Virus record (IMG/VR): IMGVR_UViG_3300046507_000356
Span: 1 to 55,212 of that record
Strand: one strand, 5' to 3'
DNA: 55,212 bases
Origin: a virus
The position numbers were made by a program, and so were the translations under genes. Each line of letters begins with the position of its first letter. The stretch's first letter is position 1. The notes below the pieces were generated by a model, which saw nothing but the letters and a program-made list of their open reading frames with translations, ran no database searches and was not told the DNA's origin. Positions 25,925 through 35,082 of this stretch are shown in pieces.

Positions 25925-26623
25925 ATGGCATTCGCAGACAAGTACATGGGCGCACTCGCCGCGTCAAACCTGCTCGACGACGAGCTCCACCACAAGACTG
26001 AGCCGCTCCAGGCGGCCGCCCTAGCGGATCGGTCCGCGCGTCACATCGGCGCGCTGCTCCACCGTGTAAAGTACGCGGGCACGGTGATTCAGAAGCTCGC
26101 TCACGCGATCGCCGCGCGCGCGAGGGTCGAGAAGGAGCTGGCCGAAGCAGTACGGAAAAAGGATGATCGCCGCCAAGCAGATTGCCGGCAGGCCTTGGAT
26201 GCCAACGCTGCGACGTGCGCGATGGCCGGAAGCGACGCTGCAGCCTTCCGGACACTGTGCCTAGCTTGGTGCGAGATCGTCGATAAGAAGGGGCGCGATC
26301 GTCATTGGATCAAGCCCGCCGACTGGCCGAAGATCGGGCACCTGGCGCCGGAAATGTTCAGGCGCATTGCCGAGCACTCGTTGGCGCATTATCTGGACGA
26401 CATATGCAAGACGTGCAACGGTATCGGCTCGACCGGCGCAAAGCCGATCCTGTGCGCGTGCAAAGCTTGCTCCGGAACACGCAAGGCTTCACTTGGCAGT
26501 GCGGCTGAACTCGGAATCAGCTCGTACGAGCTTAAGCTGGTCGGGGATATGGTTGCCGAGTTAGCTGCCCTGGAGCAGACACACGCGGGCGCCGCCGGAG
26601 CAAAGTTGCGCAGGGAGGAGTAG
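25925..26623 (+). CDS. Candidate late-gene antiterminator (lambda Q-like zinc finger); start uncertain (25907/25913/25925)
   Basis: CKTCNGIG...CKACSGT resembles the two CxxCxGxG motifs of lambda Q; sits directly upstream of the late promoter/terminator. Confidence 0.7.
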   Translation: MAFADKYMGALAASNLLDDELHHKTEPLQAAALADRSARHIGALLHRVKYAGTVIQKLAHAIAARARVEKELAEAVRKKDDRRQADCRQALDANAATCAMAGSDAAAFRTLCLAWCEIVDKKGRDRHWIKPADWPKIGHLAPEMFRRIAEHSLAHYLDDICKTCNGIGSTGAKPILCACKACSGTRKASLGSAAELGISSYELKLVGDMVAELAALEQTHAGAAGAKLRREE

Positions 26624-26649
26624 GCGCAACAAAAAAGTTCTGGCGCTAG

Positions 26650-26678
26650 TTGTAAACGCCCAGACTCGGCGGTATCAT
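26650..26678 (+). promoter_or_regulatory. PR'-like late promoter TTGTAA-17-TATCAT
   Basis: Hexamers at 26650-26655 and 26673-26678. Confidence 0.5.
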
Positions 26679-26684
26679 TAAGTC

Positions 26685-26866
26685 CCCAACACATTCTTTC
26701 TCGGTGCCGTACTAGTCAGTTTGTACTGACACCGTCCCGAGGAACAGATGCAGTGCAAGCCCTCAAGAGTGGCTTTCGCTCGTCCGTAAAGAGTGTAGAT
26801 AGTGTTTCTTCCATGGTTACGCTGAAGTTGTTCCTAAGGCCGGGCTCCACCCCGGCTTTTTCTTTT
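26685..26866 (+). ncRNA. Candidate short terminated late leader RNA (lambda 6S-RNA analogue), about 180 nt
   Basis: Non-coding interval between the promoter and a strong terminator; internal hairpin GTCAGT-ttgt-ACTGAC. Confidence 0.35.
26839..26866 (+). terminator. Intrinsic terminator (tR'-like)
   Basis: GCCGGG-ctccac-CCCGGC followed by TTTTTCTTTTT. Confidence 0.7.
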
Positions 26867-27022
26867 TCTCGCCCACTTGTCAGATAGATCTGGGGCAGAG
26901 CAATCCGACGCACAGCGGCCCGGCCCCGCTGATCCCAACTCGACTTGTTGAATACGGCAACGCTGCCTTATGCGAGCGTCGGCGCCTGACTGGGGCGTAC
27001 CCAGTCGTCATATTCCTTTTTC

Positions 27023-27098
27023 GCGGGCGTAGCTCAGTTGGCAGAGCGCGATCCTTCCAAGTTCGATGGCGTCGGTTCGAGCCCGACCGCCCGCTCCA
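27023..27098 (+). tRNA. tRNA-Gly (anticodon UCC), 76 nt with encoded CCA
   Basis: Manual cloverleaf: acceptor GCGGGCG/CGCCCGC, D arm GCTC/GAGC, loop CT-TCC-AA, T arm GTCGG-TTCGAGC-CCGAC; one T:T mismatch in the anticodon stem. Confidence 0.8.
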
Positions 27099-27142
27099 GT
27101 TGTCTCCTCTAGGTTCTCTCTCGTTCCTGGACTTCGCCGCCC

Positions 27143-27174
27143 GCCGCAGCAATGCGCTCGCGGCTTTTTTATTT
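27143..27174 (+). terminator. Intrinsic terminator after the tRNA
   Basis: GCCGC...GCGGC stem followed by T6. Confidence 0.5.
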
Positions 27175-27184
27175 GAGGTGCACC

Positions 27185-27382
27185 ATGCGTCAGCCCGAGC
27201 CTGTGATGATGAGGGTCCAGATCGGCGGCGATGTGGTGCGCCGAGTGGGCGAAGTTGAGATACTCGCCCGTGACCACACTGGCCGCCCGACGATCTCGCG
27301 CATGCGCCCCACGCTGCAGCCTGGCGAGATCCTGGTCGAGCGTCTCGGTACATTCCCGTCAATCGTACGAGGTGCGGCATGA
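27185..27382 (+). CDS. Hypothetical protein (65 aa)
   Basis: GAGGTG RBS; ATG 27185. Confidence 0.5.
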   Translation: MRQPEPVMMRVQIGGDVVRRVGEVEILARDHTGRPTISRMRPTLQPGEILVERLGTFPSIVRGAA

Positions 27383-27705
27383 AAGGCCCGGTCGACGTCT
27401 ACCGCGCCGAGATCCTGCGCGCAGTGCTGGGCGCTCACGCACACGAAGCAAAGGTTGCTGACCCTGCGCGCCTCAACCGCATCGCCGCACACCTCGTCGA
27501 CTGCGAGGACGCTAAGAGCATCTTGCGAGCGAAGGGCTATGGCGCCGCCGGCATGACGTTCGTCGAGTTGGCGCGCAGTCTGCCAGAGAACGTGCGCGGG
27601 ATGCTGCGCGAGTTCCTCTCGGCGACGCGCCGCCGCGCTTTCGAGTCGCCGGCTACTCGCTATCCGGACTTGGGCGAAGTGCATGACATCTGGAGTGCGC
27701 GATGA
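27379..27705 (+). CDS. Hypothetical protein (108 aa)
   Basis: ORF track; ATGA overlaps. Confidence 0.6.
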   Translation: MKGPVDVYRAEILRAVLGAHAHEAKVADPARLNRIAAHLVDCEDAKSILRAKGYGAAGMTFVELARSLPENVRGMLREFLSATRRRAFESPATRYPDLGEVHDIWSAR

Positions 27706-28067
27706 CGGACATTGAAATGCGCATCTCGGTACTGCAGGCGAAGGCAGGCGACACGCTCGTATTTCAGTTTCCGCGCCCCTTGACGCGTGAGCAGCGCACG
27801 CATATCGCGCGCACCGTTACGCCGCTGATCCCTGCTGGAGTAAAGGCATTGGTGCTTGATCATCAATGCACGGTGACGCACGTCGCCGCGTCTGAGGCGC
27901 ATCCCGCTGAGTCGATGGGCTTCGATGTCTGGCTGCGCGAACGTAAAGAGCAATCGCACCGCGAGTACATGCATCGCACCTCGCGCTTGCCGCCGTGCAT
28001 CCGGCGCACGTACAGCGCGGATGAGATCGCGGAGTTCTACGGTATCTCGCACGGCGGGATCGACTAA
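27702..28067 (+). CDS. Hypothetical protein (121 aa)
   Basis: ORF track. Confidence 0.6.
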   Translation: MTDIEMRISVLQAKAGDTLVFQFPRPLTREQRTHIARTVTPLIPAGVKALVLDHQCTVTHVAASEAHPAESMGFDVWLRERKEQSHREYMHRTSRLPPCIRRTYSADEIAEFYGISHGGID

Positions 28068-28276
28068 GGGCGGGATAGGTCTAAGGGCGCCACATCCCAA
28101 TCCGGGAAGCCCAGGATCCTCGGGGTAACTTCGCTGATCGCTTTGCTTCAATGATGACTGCGCATCGAGGAAGATCCATGATCCGCTTCCCGTGAAGCTT
28201 CGGCCTGGTGCTGTCGCCGGCTGGGATGGGCGCCGCAATATGTTACTGCGGCGCGTCATGTTGCACAACTGAAAAT

Positions 28277-28597
28277 ATGAAACTCACCACGCTAAAGCCG
28301 CGACTGCAGACCGCTGGCGGACGCATTGCTGTGCTCAGTCCTGTTCGGCCTGACACGGTTCAGCGCAAGCGCGGCTGGGCCGGCGTCCAGGATCGTGATC
28401 GCATCCGCAAGCGCGACAACGGACTGTGCCAAGAGTGCCTGCGCCATGACCGCGTGAGCGTCGGCGCTGCGGTCGACCACATCGAGCCGCTGTGGAAGGG
28501 CGGCACGGACGACGACGTGAACAAGGAGCTTCTCTGTCAGCCCTGCCACGATGCGAAATCCGCGCGCGAGGCCCGGGAGCGGGCGCGCGGCGGCTGA
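28277..28597 (+). CDS. HNH endonuclease (packaging-associated)
   Basis: CQEC...VDHIEPLWKGG...NKELLCQPCHDAK; directly upstream of the terminase genes. Confidence 0.85.
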   Translation: MKLTTLKPRLQTAGGRIAVLSPVRPDTVQRKRGWAGVQDRDRIRKRDNGLCQECLRHDRVSVGAAVDHIEPLWKGGTDDDVNKELLCQPCHDAKSAREARERARGG

Positions 28598-28700
28598 CCG
28601 CCTGAAGGGGAGGGGCGGGGTCAAAGTCTAGGGTCTTTTGGCCTCCGACACCGCATAGTCTCTCATTCGCAGAAAAAATTCCCCATGGAGGATTTTGTTA

Positions 28701-29177
28701 ATGGCTTTAACAGGCAAAAAGCGAGCCTTCGCCGATGCCGTTTTGGCCGGGTTCTCGAATAAGGAAGCGGCGATTCGCGCCGGTTTCAGTGAAAAAACCG
28801 CATCGGCTGCCGGGTCGAGAAATGTTAAAGACCCGGATGTTAAAGCCTACCTCGAAAAGCACCGCGCGGCCGCCTCCGAACGCGCGGCGGCGCCGGCGAG
28901 ATCCGCATCGACATCGCCCCGGTCTGATGATGACCCAATTGATATTCCGGCAACTGCTGATCCGATCGAGTTCCTCACTACGATCATGAACGAGCCGGCG
29001 GCGGACCTTCGGTATCGGATCGATGCAGCCAAGGCCATGCTGCCGTTTAAACATCAAAGGCTGGGCGAGGGCGGCAAAAAGGACCAGAAGCAGGATGCGG
29101 CCAAGAAAGTGGGGGCCGGAAAATTTGCCGCGGCCGCGCCTCCAAAGCTTGTCGCCGCAGGCGGGAAGAAGGTTTAA
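28701..29177 (+). CDS. terS: Terminase small subunit
   Basis: N-terminus KKRAFADAVLAGFSNKEAAIRAGFSEKTA (TerS HTH type); GGAGGA RBS. Confidence 0.8.
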   Translation: MALTGKKRAFADAVLAGFSNKEAAIRAGFSEKTASAAGSRNVKDPDVKAYLEKHRAAASERAAAPARSASTSPRSDDDPIDIPATADPIEFLTTIMNEPAADLRYRIDAAKAMLPFKHQRLGEGGKKDQKQDAAKKVGAGKFAAAAPPKLVAAGGKKV

Positions 29178-30851
29178 ATGCCGGACTGGACAACTGCCTG
29201 CCCTGACTGGGCGGCTCGCCTGCTAGCGGGCGAGACAATCATTCCGCCTCCGATCTTCCCCGAGCAGGCTGAGCAGGCGCTTGCAATCTTCAAGGAACTC
29301 AAGATCGTTGACGCGCCGGGCAGCCCGACCTTTGGCGAATCCTGCGCCGAATGGGTGTTTGACTTGGTGCGATGCATCTTCGGCGCCTACGATGCGGACA
29401 GCGGCCGGCGCCTGATCGTTGAATTTTTTGTGCTCCTACCAAAAAAGAACTCGAAGTCGACGGTTGCTGCTGGAATCATGCTGACGGCATTGATTCTGAA
29501 CTGGCGCCAGTCGGCTGAGTTCTCCGTGCTGGCCCCAACGGTCGAGGTGGCCAACAATGCATACACACCGGCGCGTGACATGGTGCAGAAGGACGACGAG
29601 CTCGATGCGCTAATGCACGTGCAGTCCCACGAAAAAAAGATTACGCACCGCGAAAGCAACTCAATCCTCAAGGTGTTGGCTGCCGACCAAAACACGGTGG
29701 GCGGCAAGAAGTCAGTCGGCACCCTGGTAGACGAGTTGCACCTGTTCGGCAAGATGTCGAGCGCCGAGAACATGTTTCGCGAGGCGCTTGGCGGCTTGGC
29801 ATCGCGGCCCGAAGGTTTCGTTATTTGGCTGACAACTCAGTCTGACGAGCCGCCGGCAGGGGTTTTCAAGCAGAAGCTCGAATACGCCCGTAAGGTGCGT
29901 GACGGTGAGATTGTTGACCCGTCGTTTGTGCCGATCATCTTTGAGCATCCGCCGGAAATGGTGGCGTCGGGGGAGTGCCTACTGCTCGAAAACATGGCGA
30001 TGGTCAACCCGAATATCGGGTTTTCGGTCGACCGCGCGTTCCTTGAGCGCGAATTCACGAAGGCGGAGCAGGCTGGTCCCGAATCGTTCCGCGGCTTCAT
30101 GGCGAAGCACGCGAACGTCGAGATCGGCATGAACCTTCGCTCCGATCGCTGGGCTGGCGCCGATTTCTGGAGCAAGCAGGGCGTTCTCGAGCGTACATTT
30201 TCGTTGGCCGACCTGATCGAGCGATCCGAAGTGGTCACGATGGGCGGCGACGGGGGTGGCCTCGATGACTTGCTGGGGCAGTACGCAATTGGCCGCTGCA
30301 AGGAAACGCGGCGCTGGCTGGGCTGGGGGCATGCCTGGGCACACCCCTCCGTGCTGGAGCGCCGGAAGGAAATCGCACCGCGGTTGCAGGACTTCGCGCG
30401 CGACGGTCACTTGACGCTGGTCGAGCACATCGGCCAGGACATCGACCAGTTCGCGGCCAACGTCGCCATGGTCTACGAGGCCGGCGTGCTGGACAAGCTT
30501 GGCCTGGATCCTCAGGGAATCGGCGCCATTCTCGATGCGCTCGAGATGGGGGGCGTACCGCCGGACAAGATCATCGGTATCACGCAGGGCTGGAAACTGA
30601 CTAGCCCGATCAAGACTGCCGAACGCAAGCTAGCCGAGGGCGTGTTGGTGCATGGGGGGCAGCCGCTAATGGCTTGGTGCGTCAGCAATGCCAAGATCGT
30701 GCCGAGCGCGAATGCTGTGCTGATCACGAAACAAGCCTCGGGCACCGGGAAGATCGATCCGCTGATGGCGATGCTGAACGCGGTCTATCTCATGTCCCTT
30801 AATCCCGTCGCGTCGTCCGGCGAAATTACCCAGGGCTTCGTCGTCCTGTAA
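29178..30851 (+). CDS. terL: Terminase large subunit
   Basis: 557 aa, position and overall similarity to HK97-type TerL. Confidence 0.85.
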   Translation: MPDWTTACPDWAARLLAGETIIPPPIFPEQAEQALAIFKELKIVDAPGSPTFGESCAEWVFDLVRCIFGAYDADSGRRLIVEFFVLLPKKNSKSTVAAGIMLTALILNWRQSAEFSVLAPTVEVANNAYTPARDMVQKDDELDALMHVQSHEKKITHRESNSILKVLAADQNTVGGKKSVGTLVDELHLFGKMSSAENMFREALGGLASRPEGFVIWLTTQSDEPPAGVFKQKLEYARKVRDGEIVDPSFVPIIFEHPPEMVASGECLLLENMAMVNPNIGFSVDRAFLEREFTKAEQAGPESFRGFMAKHANVEIGMNLRSDRWAGADFWSKQGVLERTFSLADLIERSEVVTMGGDGGGLDDLLGQYAIGRCKETRRWLGWGHAWAHPSVLERRKEIAPRLQDFARDGHLTLVEHIGQDIDQFAANVAMVYEAGVLDKLGLDPQGIGAILDALEMGGVPPDKIIGITQGWKLTSPIKTAERKLAEGVLVHGGQPLMAWCVSNAKIVPSANAVLITKQASGTGKIDPLMAMLNAVYLMSLNPVASSGEITQGFVVL

Positions 30852-30859
30852 GGAGTCAC

Positions 30860-32152
30860 ATGGAACTATTCGATGCGCTGGCCGCCACCCAGCACTGGCG
30901 GCAGGAGCCCGCGCGTCGCGAGGGGGCGGAAGTCTTCAATCAGACGCAATACTCTCCCGAAGTGATGGAGGCGTTCGGGGTGTCGTCGTCCGGTACGACT
31001 GTTTCGGCGACCTCGGCCATGCGCGTGTCGGCAGCTGCGGCGTGCGTCGCAAAAATCGCCGGCGCGATGGTCAGCATGCCGGTCAACGAATTCTCGCTCG
31101 ATGGCGGCGCCATTCCGGCCATGCTGCCGCGCAGCGAAACTTGGTATCTGTTGAATGAGCAGCCCAGTCCGCAGTACACCGCAGCGTCGATGTGGGAGGG
31201 CGTCAGCATGGCGCAGCTGCTGCGCGGCGATGCGTTCGGCCTGCTGCGCTGGCGCGTGAATGGCTCGCTGCGCGAGATCCTGCCACTGCCGTGGGGGTGC
31301 GTATCACCGATTCGCACACCTGGTGAGGGTGTTCGCTACTACGTGAACTCTCCTGCCCACGGTATTTGCACCTGGGTTGAGCCCTCCGACATTCTGCACT
31401 TCCCGGGCTTGGGCTTCGACGATTCGACTATGCGGTCGATGTCAGTCATCCAGTTTGGTGCTCGCGCCGCAATCGGCAACGCGCTGGCGATGGATGAGTA
31501 CAGTGGTAAGTTCTTCGAGGGCGGCGCGCACCCGTCGATCATCCTTACCTCCGATAAGAAGATGGACGAGGGGCAGGTGAGGGCCATGCAGGCAGTGTTC
31601 GCGAGTCGCTATGCTGGACTGGCCAATGCTCACCGTCTGCCGTTGGTGCTGACTGAGGGTGTCTCAGCCAAAGAGCTGAGCCTATCGGCGGAAGACGCGC
31701 AATTGCTCGAGGCCCGCAAGTTCCAGGTTATGGACATTGCCCGCGCATTCGGCGTGCCCGGCTTCATGATCAACGAATCGACCGGCTCCACCAGTTGGGG
31801 CACTGGTCTGGAATCGATCGGCCGCGCTTTCGTCCAGTACACGCTCAACCCCTGGCTTCGCAAGATCGAGCAAGAGCTGAATCGCAAGCTTTACCCGCGC
31901 AACAACGGCCGCTTTCTGGAGTTCCAGCGCGAGGCGCTTTACGAGGGCGACATTGACGCGCAGTCGAAGGCTGATCGTGCTGCATTAGGTGGACCCGGCA
32001 CCGGCGATGGCTGGAAGACGCTGAACGAAGTACGTCGAGCGCGCCGCCTGCCGCCGGTCCCTGGCGGCGACGAAATATATCGCGCGCCGCGCGACCAATC
32101 CCAACCCGGAAGCAAATCACCCAATGAAAAAGATCCTCCAGCTGTACCGTGA
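30860..32152 (+). CDS. Portal protein, HK97 family
   Basis: 430 aa following terL; portal-like sequence. Confidence 0.85.
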   Translation: MELFDALAATQHWRQEPARREGAEVFNQTQYSPEVMEAFGVSSSGTTVSATSAMRVSAAAACVAKIAGAMVSMPVNEFSLDGGAIPAMLPRSETWYLLNEQPSPQYTAASMWEGVSMAQLLRGDAFGLLRWRVNGSLREILPLPWGCVSPIRTPGEGVRYYVNSPAHGICTWVEPSDILHFPGLGFDDSTMRSMSVIQFGARAAIGNALAMDEYSGKFFEGGAHPSIILTSDKKMDEGQVRAMQAVFASRYAGLANAHRLPLVLTEGVSAKELSLSAEDAQLLEARKFQVMDIARAFGVPGFMINESTGSTSWGTGLESIGRAFVQYTLNPWLRKIEQELNRKLYPRNNGRFLEFQREALYEGDIDAQSKADRAALGGPGTGDGWKTLNEVRRARRLPPVPGGDEIYRAPRDQSQPGSKSPNEKDPPAVP

Positions 32153-32897
32153 CAACGCCGGCCGCGAGAAGCGTCCGGTCAACGTCGTGCGCAACGCGGC
32201 CGAGGCGTCGCTCTACATCTACGATGTGATCGATCCATACTGGGGCGTGAGTGCGGTTCAGGTGATCGATGCGGTCACGCAGGCCGGCGACGCCGAGGTT
32301 CTGCATGTCTACATCAACAGTCCTGGCGGGGATGTGTTTGAAGGCCGCGCCATCATGGCCGCGCTGTCGCGGTTCCAGGGCAAGACGATCGCGCACATCG
32401 ACAGTCTTTGCGCGAGCGCCGCAACGGGCATCGCGCTGGCTTGCAATGAGGTCGAGATGTCGGACGGGGCCTTTTTCATGATCCACAACGCCAGCTGCGT
32501 CGCCTGGGGCGACAAGAGCGACTTGCGCGAGACGGCCGACCTCCTGCAGAAGGTTGAGGGTTCGATCATCGCCGATTACGTCGCAAAGACCGGCAAGCCG
32601 GAGGCCGACATCGTCGCCTGGATGGATGCCGAGACGTGGTTCACCGCGGCTGAAGCTCTTGAAAACGGCTTCGTCGACCGTCTCGCGCAGGCGCCGGCCG
32701 ACAAAGCCAAGGCCAGTAACGTCTGGAACTTGTCCGCGTTCTCGAAGGCGCCGGCGAATATCGCCGCTCCTAGCGTGCCGGCCGCGAAGTCGACGCCCCA
32801 GCTGCCCGAGCCAGAAGAGCCTGACGTGCAGGAGCCGATCGGCCCGTGCATGACCCAGGCAAACGCAAATCGTCTGTCGCTGCTTTTAGCTTCGTAG
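32124..32897 (+). CDS. Head maturation protease (ClpP/S14-like)
   Basis: LYIYDVID...VYINSPGGDVFEGRAI...ASAAT motif set. Confidence 0.85.
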   Translation: MKKILQLYRDNAGREKRPVNVVRNAAEASLYIYDVIDPYWGVSAVQVIDAVTQAGDAEVLHVYINSPGGDVFEGRAIMAALSRFQGKTIAHIDSLCASAATGIALACNEVEMSDGAFFMIHNASCVAWGDKSDLRETADLLQKVEGSIIADYVAKTGKPEADIVAWMDAETWFTAAEALENGFVDRLAQAPADKAKASNVWNLSAFSKAPANIAAPSVPAAKSTPQLPEPEEPDVQEPIGPCMTQANANRLSLLLAS

Positions 32898-32941
32898 CGC
32901 TTCTCGCGCGCGCCGCCCGGGGTCGGATCACCTCGTCATCA

Positions 32942-32970
32942 GGGAGCCCAAGTGGCTCCCTTTTCTTTTT
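32942..32970 (+). terminator. Intrinsic terminator between the protease and capsid genes
   Basis: GGGAGCC-caagt-GGCTCCC followed by TTTTCTTTTT. Confidence 0.6.
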
Positions 32971-32981
32971 GAAGGAATCAC

Positions 32982-34178
32982 ATGGCCGTTACCATCCAAG
33001 CCTTGCGCGAGAAGATTGCCAACTTCGCGCAACAAGCAAATCACCTGCTCGCCGAAAAGGGCGACCAGATCTGGACCCCCGAAGACCAAGCCAAGTTCGA
33101 CGGCTTCACCAACGAGATCAACGCTGCACGCCAGCAGATCACCAATCTCGAGCGCATGCGTGAGCTCGAGGCGGACAAGTTCTTCCAAAACACACAGTCG
33201 AAGAAGCCGGAAGACGGCGTCGAAGTCACCACGCTGGTCGCATGCGCGCTGTACCTGCGCAATGGCATGAACCTGACGGCAGAGCAGGCCGCGCAGGTGC
33301 GCAATGCGATGTCGACTACCACCGGCAGCGAAGGCGGATTCACCGTGCCCGCTGAGGTGGCTTCGATGGTGATCGATCGGCTCAAGGCATACGGCGGCAT
33401 GCGCGAAGTCGCGACCATTATGCCGACGAATACCGGCGACCAGATGAACTGGCCGACCTCCGATGGCACCGGCGAAGAAGGCGAGATCGTCGCCGAGAAT
33501 ACCCAGACGAACGTGCTGGACGTGACGTTCGGTACGGTGGGCCTGCCGGTGTTCAACTACTCGTCCAAGGCCGTGGCCCTGCCGCTGCAGCTGATCATGG
33601 ACAGCGCGGTGGACGTCGTCGCATTTGTCGTGAACCGCCTAGCCGTCCGCATCGCCCGCATCCAGAACCGCCACTTCACCACCGGCACTGGCACGGGCCA
33701 GCCGCTGGGCCTGCTGACGGTTGCCGGCGTAGGCAAGGCAGGCGCAACCGGTCAAACCCTGACCATCACGTACGACGATCTGGTCGACCTGAAGCACTCG
33801 GTGAACCGGGCCTATCGCAAGGGCGCCAAGTACATGATGAACGACACCTCGGTCGCCGCGGTTTCGAAGATCAAGGATACGGTTGGCCGCCCGATCTGGA
33901 TCCCGGCGATCACCGAAGGCGCGCCGGACATGCTGAATGGCCACTCGGTGGCAATCAACGACGACGTGCCGGCGATGGCCGCCAACGCGAAGTCGATCGC
34001 ATTCGGCGACTTGTCGCAATACACGATCCGGGACGTCAAGAACAGCACGATCATGCGCCGCTTCGATGACTCGCCGTTCGCTCTGAAAGGCCAAGCCGGG
34101 TTCTGCGGCTGGACCCGCTCGGGCGGCAACCTGCTGGAGCCGGCAGCCGTCAAGACCTACCAGAACAGCGCAACCTGA
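32982..34178 (+). CDS. Major capsid protein, HK97 family (with N-terminal delta/scaffold-like coiled coil)
   Basis: 398 aa; position after the protease; HK97-like sequence. Confidence 0.9.
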   Translation: MAVTIQALREKIANFAQQANHLLAEKGDQIWTPEDQAKFDGFTNEINAARQQITNLERMRELEADKFFQNTQSKKPEDGVEVTTLVACALYLRNGMNLTAEQAAQVRNAMSTTTGSEGGFTVPAEVASMVIDRLKAYGGMREVATIMPTNTGDQMNWPTSDGTGEEGEIVAENTQTNVLDVTFGTVGLPVFNYSSKAVALPLQLIMDSAVDVVAFVVNRLAVRIARIQNRHFTTGTGTGQPLGLLTVAGVGKAGATGQTLTITYDDLVDLKHSVNRAYRKGAKYMMNDTSVAAVSKIKDTVGRPIWIPAITEGAPDMLNGHSVAINDDVPAMAANAKSIAFGDLSQYTIRDVKNSTIMRRFDDSPFALKGQAGFCGWTRSGGNLLEPAAVKTYQNSAT

Positions 34179-34227
34179 TCGTAACGGCGGCCGGCACGGC
34201 GCCGGCTGCCATCCCAGGAGATAGAAC

Positions 34228-34389
34228 ATGGCAGAACCCAAGAAAGTCAAAGCGCGCGTCCTCGTGGAGAGCGCTTACGGCAAACCGAACGACGTCGTCG
34301 AAGTCGACGCAGCCGAGGTCAAGGTCCAGCCGGGCGCCCTCGATGCTGATCCGGCAGCGGTCGCTTACGCCGAGTCGCTGGCCAAGTAA
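34228..34389 (+). CDS. Small protein (53 aa)
   Basis: AGGAGA RBS; MAEPKKVKARVLVESAYGKPNDVVEV... Confidence 0.5.
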   Translation: MAEPKKVKARVLVESAYGKPNDVVEVDAAEVKVQPGALDADPAAVAYAESLAK

Positions 34390-34392
34390 TCC

Positions 34393-34578
34393 ATGAGCCC
34401 CGAGTCCGCAGCCTTGCTCGCCGACGTGCGGGCCCAGGCTGCGGATCCGCGCGTGTTCCTTGTCGTCATCCGCCGCAAGACGCGAGGCGGATCACTGGCG
34501 ATCTTCCCTGAAGACATAGTCGGCAAGTCCGACGACGAGCTGCTGACGTTTATCGCCAGCCGGCTCGCTGAACAATGA
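34393..34578 (+). CDS. Hypothetical protein (61 aa)
   Basis: ORF track. Confidence 0.5.
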   Translation: MSPESAALLADVRAQAADPRVFLVVIRRKTRGGSLAIFPEDIVGKSDDELLTFIASRLAEQ

Positions 34579-34587
34579 AAGAACAGA

Positions 34588-35082
34588 ATGGCCATTGCCT
34601 CGACCGACATTCAATACCGGCTGTCCGGCGGTGCCGGTAACACGTCGCCTGCAGCATCGCTGGGCGGTGCGAAATCGACGACCGCCGTGGGCGCATCGAT
34701 CTTCGACGACGTCTCGTCGGCCGAGGCAGTGGCCGGCGACACCGAGTATCGCTGCGTCTACGTACACAACGCGCACGGCAGCCTGACGCTCGTCGGCCCT
34801 GTCTTCTGGATCCAGGCAAACACGCCAAGCGCCTCGACGACCTTTGACGTTGGCGTTGGCACGTCCGCCCTGAACGGTACGGAGCCGGCAGTCGCAGACG
34901 AAAACACGGCGCCGAGTGGCGTCACCTTCGCCGCTGCTGCCACCCAAGGCGCTGGCGTGGCCCTTGGCGACATCCCGGCAGGCCAAAGCCGCGCTGTTTG
35001 GCTGCGCCGCACCATCCAGGCCGGCACGGGCGCTACCAACGACACCGCAAACTTCCGCGTTACGGGTGATACCGCACCATGA
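34588..35082 (+). CDS. Virion-associated hypothetical protein (164 aa)
   Basis: STDIQYRLSGGAGNTSPAASLGG N-terminal motif; structural-module context. Confidence 0.65.
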   Translation: MAIASTDIQYRLSGGAGNTSPAASLGGAKSTTAVGASIFDDVSSAEAVAGDTEYRCVYVHNAHGSLTLVGPVFWIQANTPSASTTFDVGVGTSALNGTEPAVADENTAPSGVTFAAAATQGAGVALGDIPAGQSRAVWLRRTIQAGTGATNDTANFRVTGDTAP

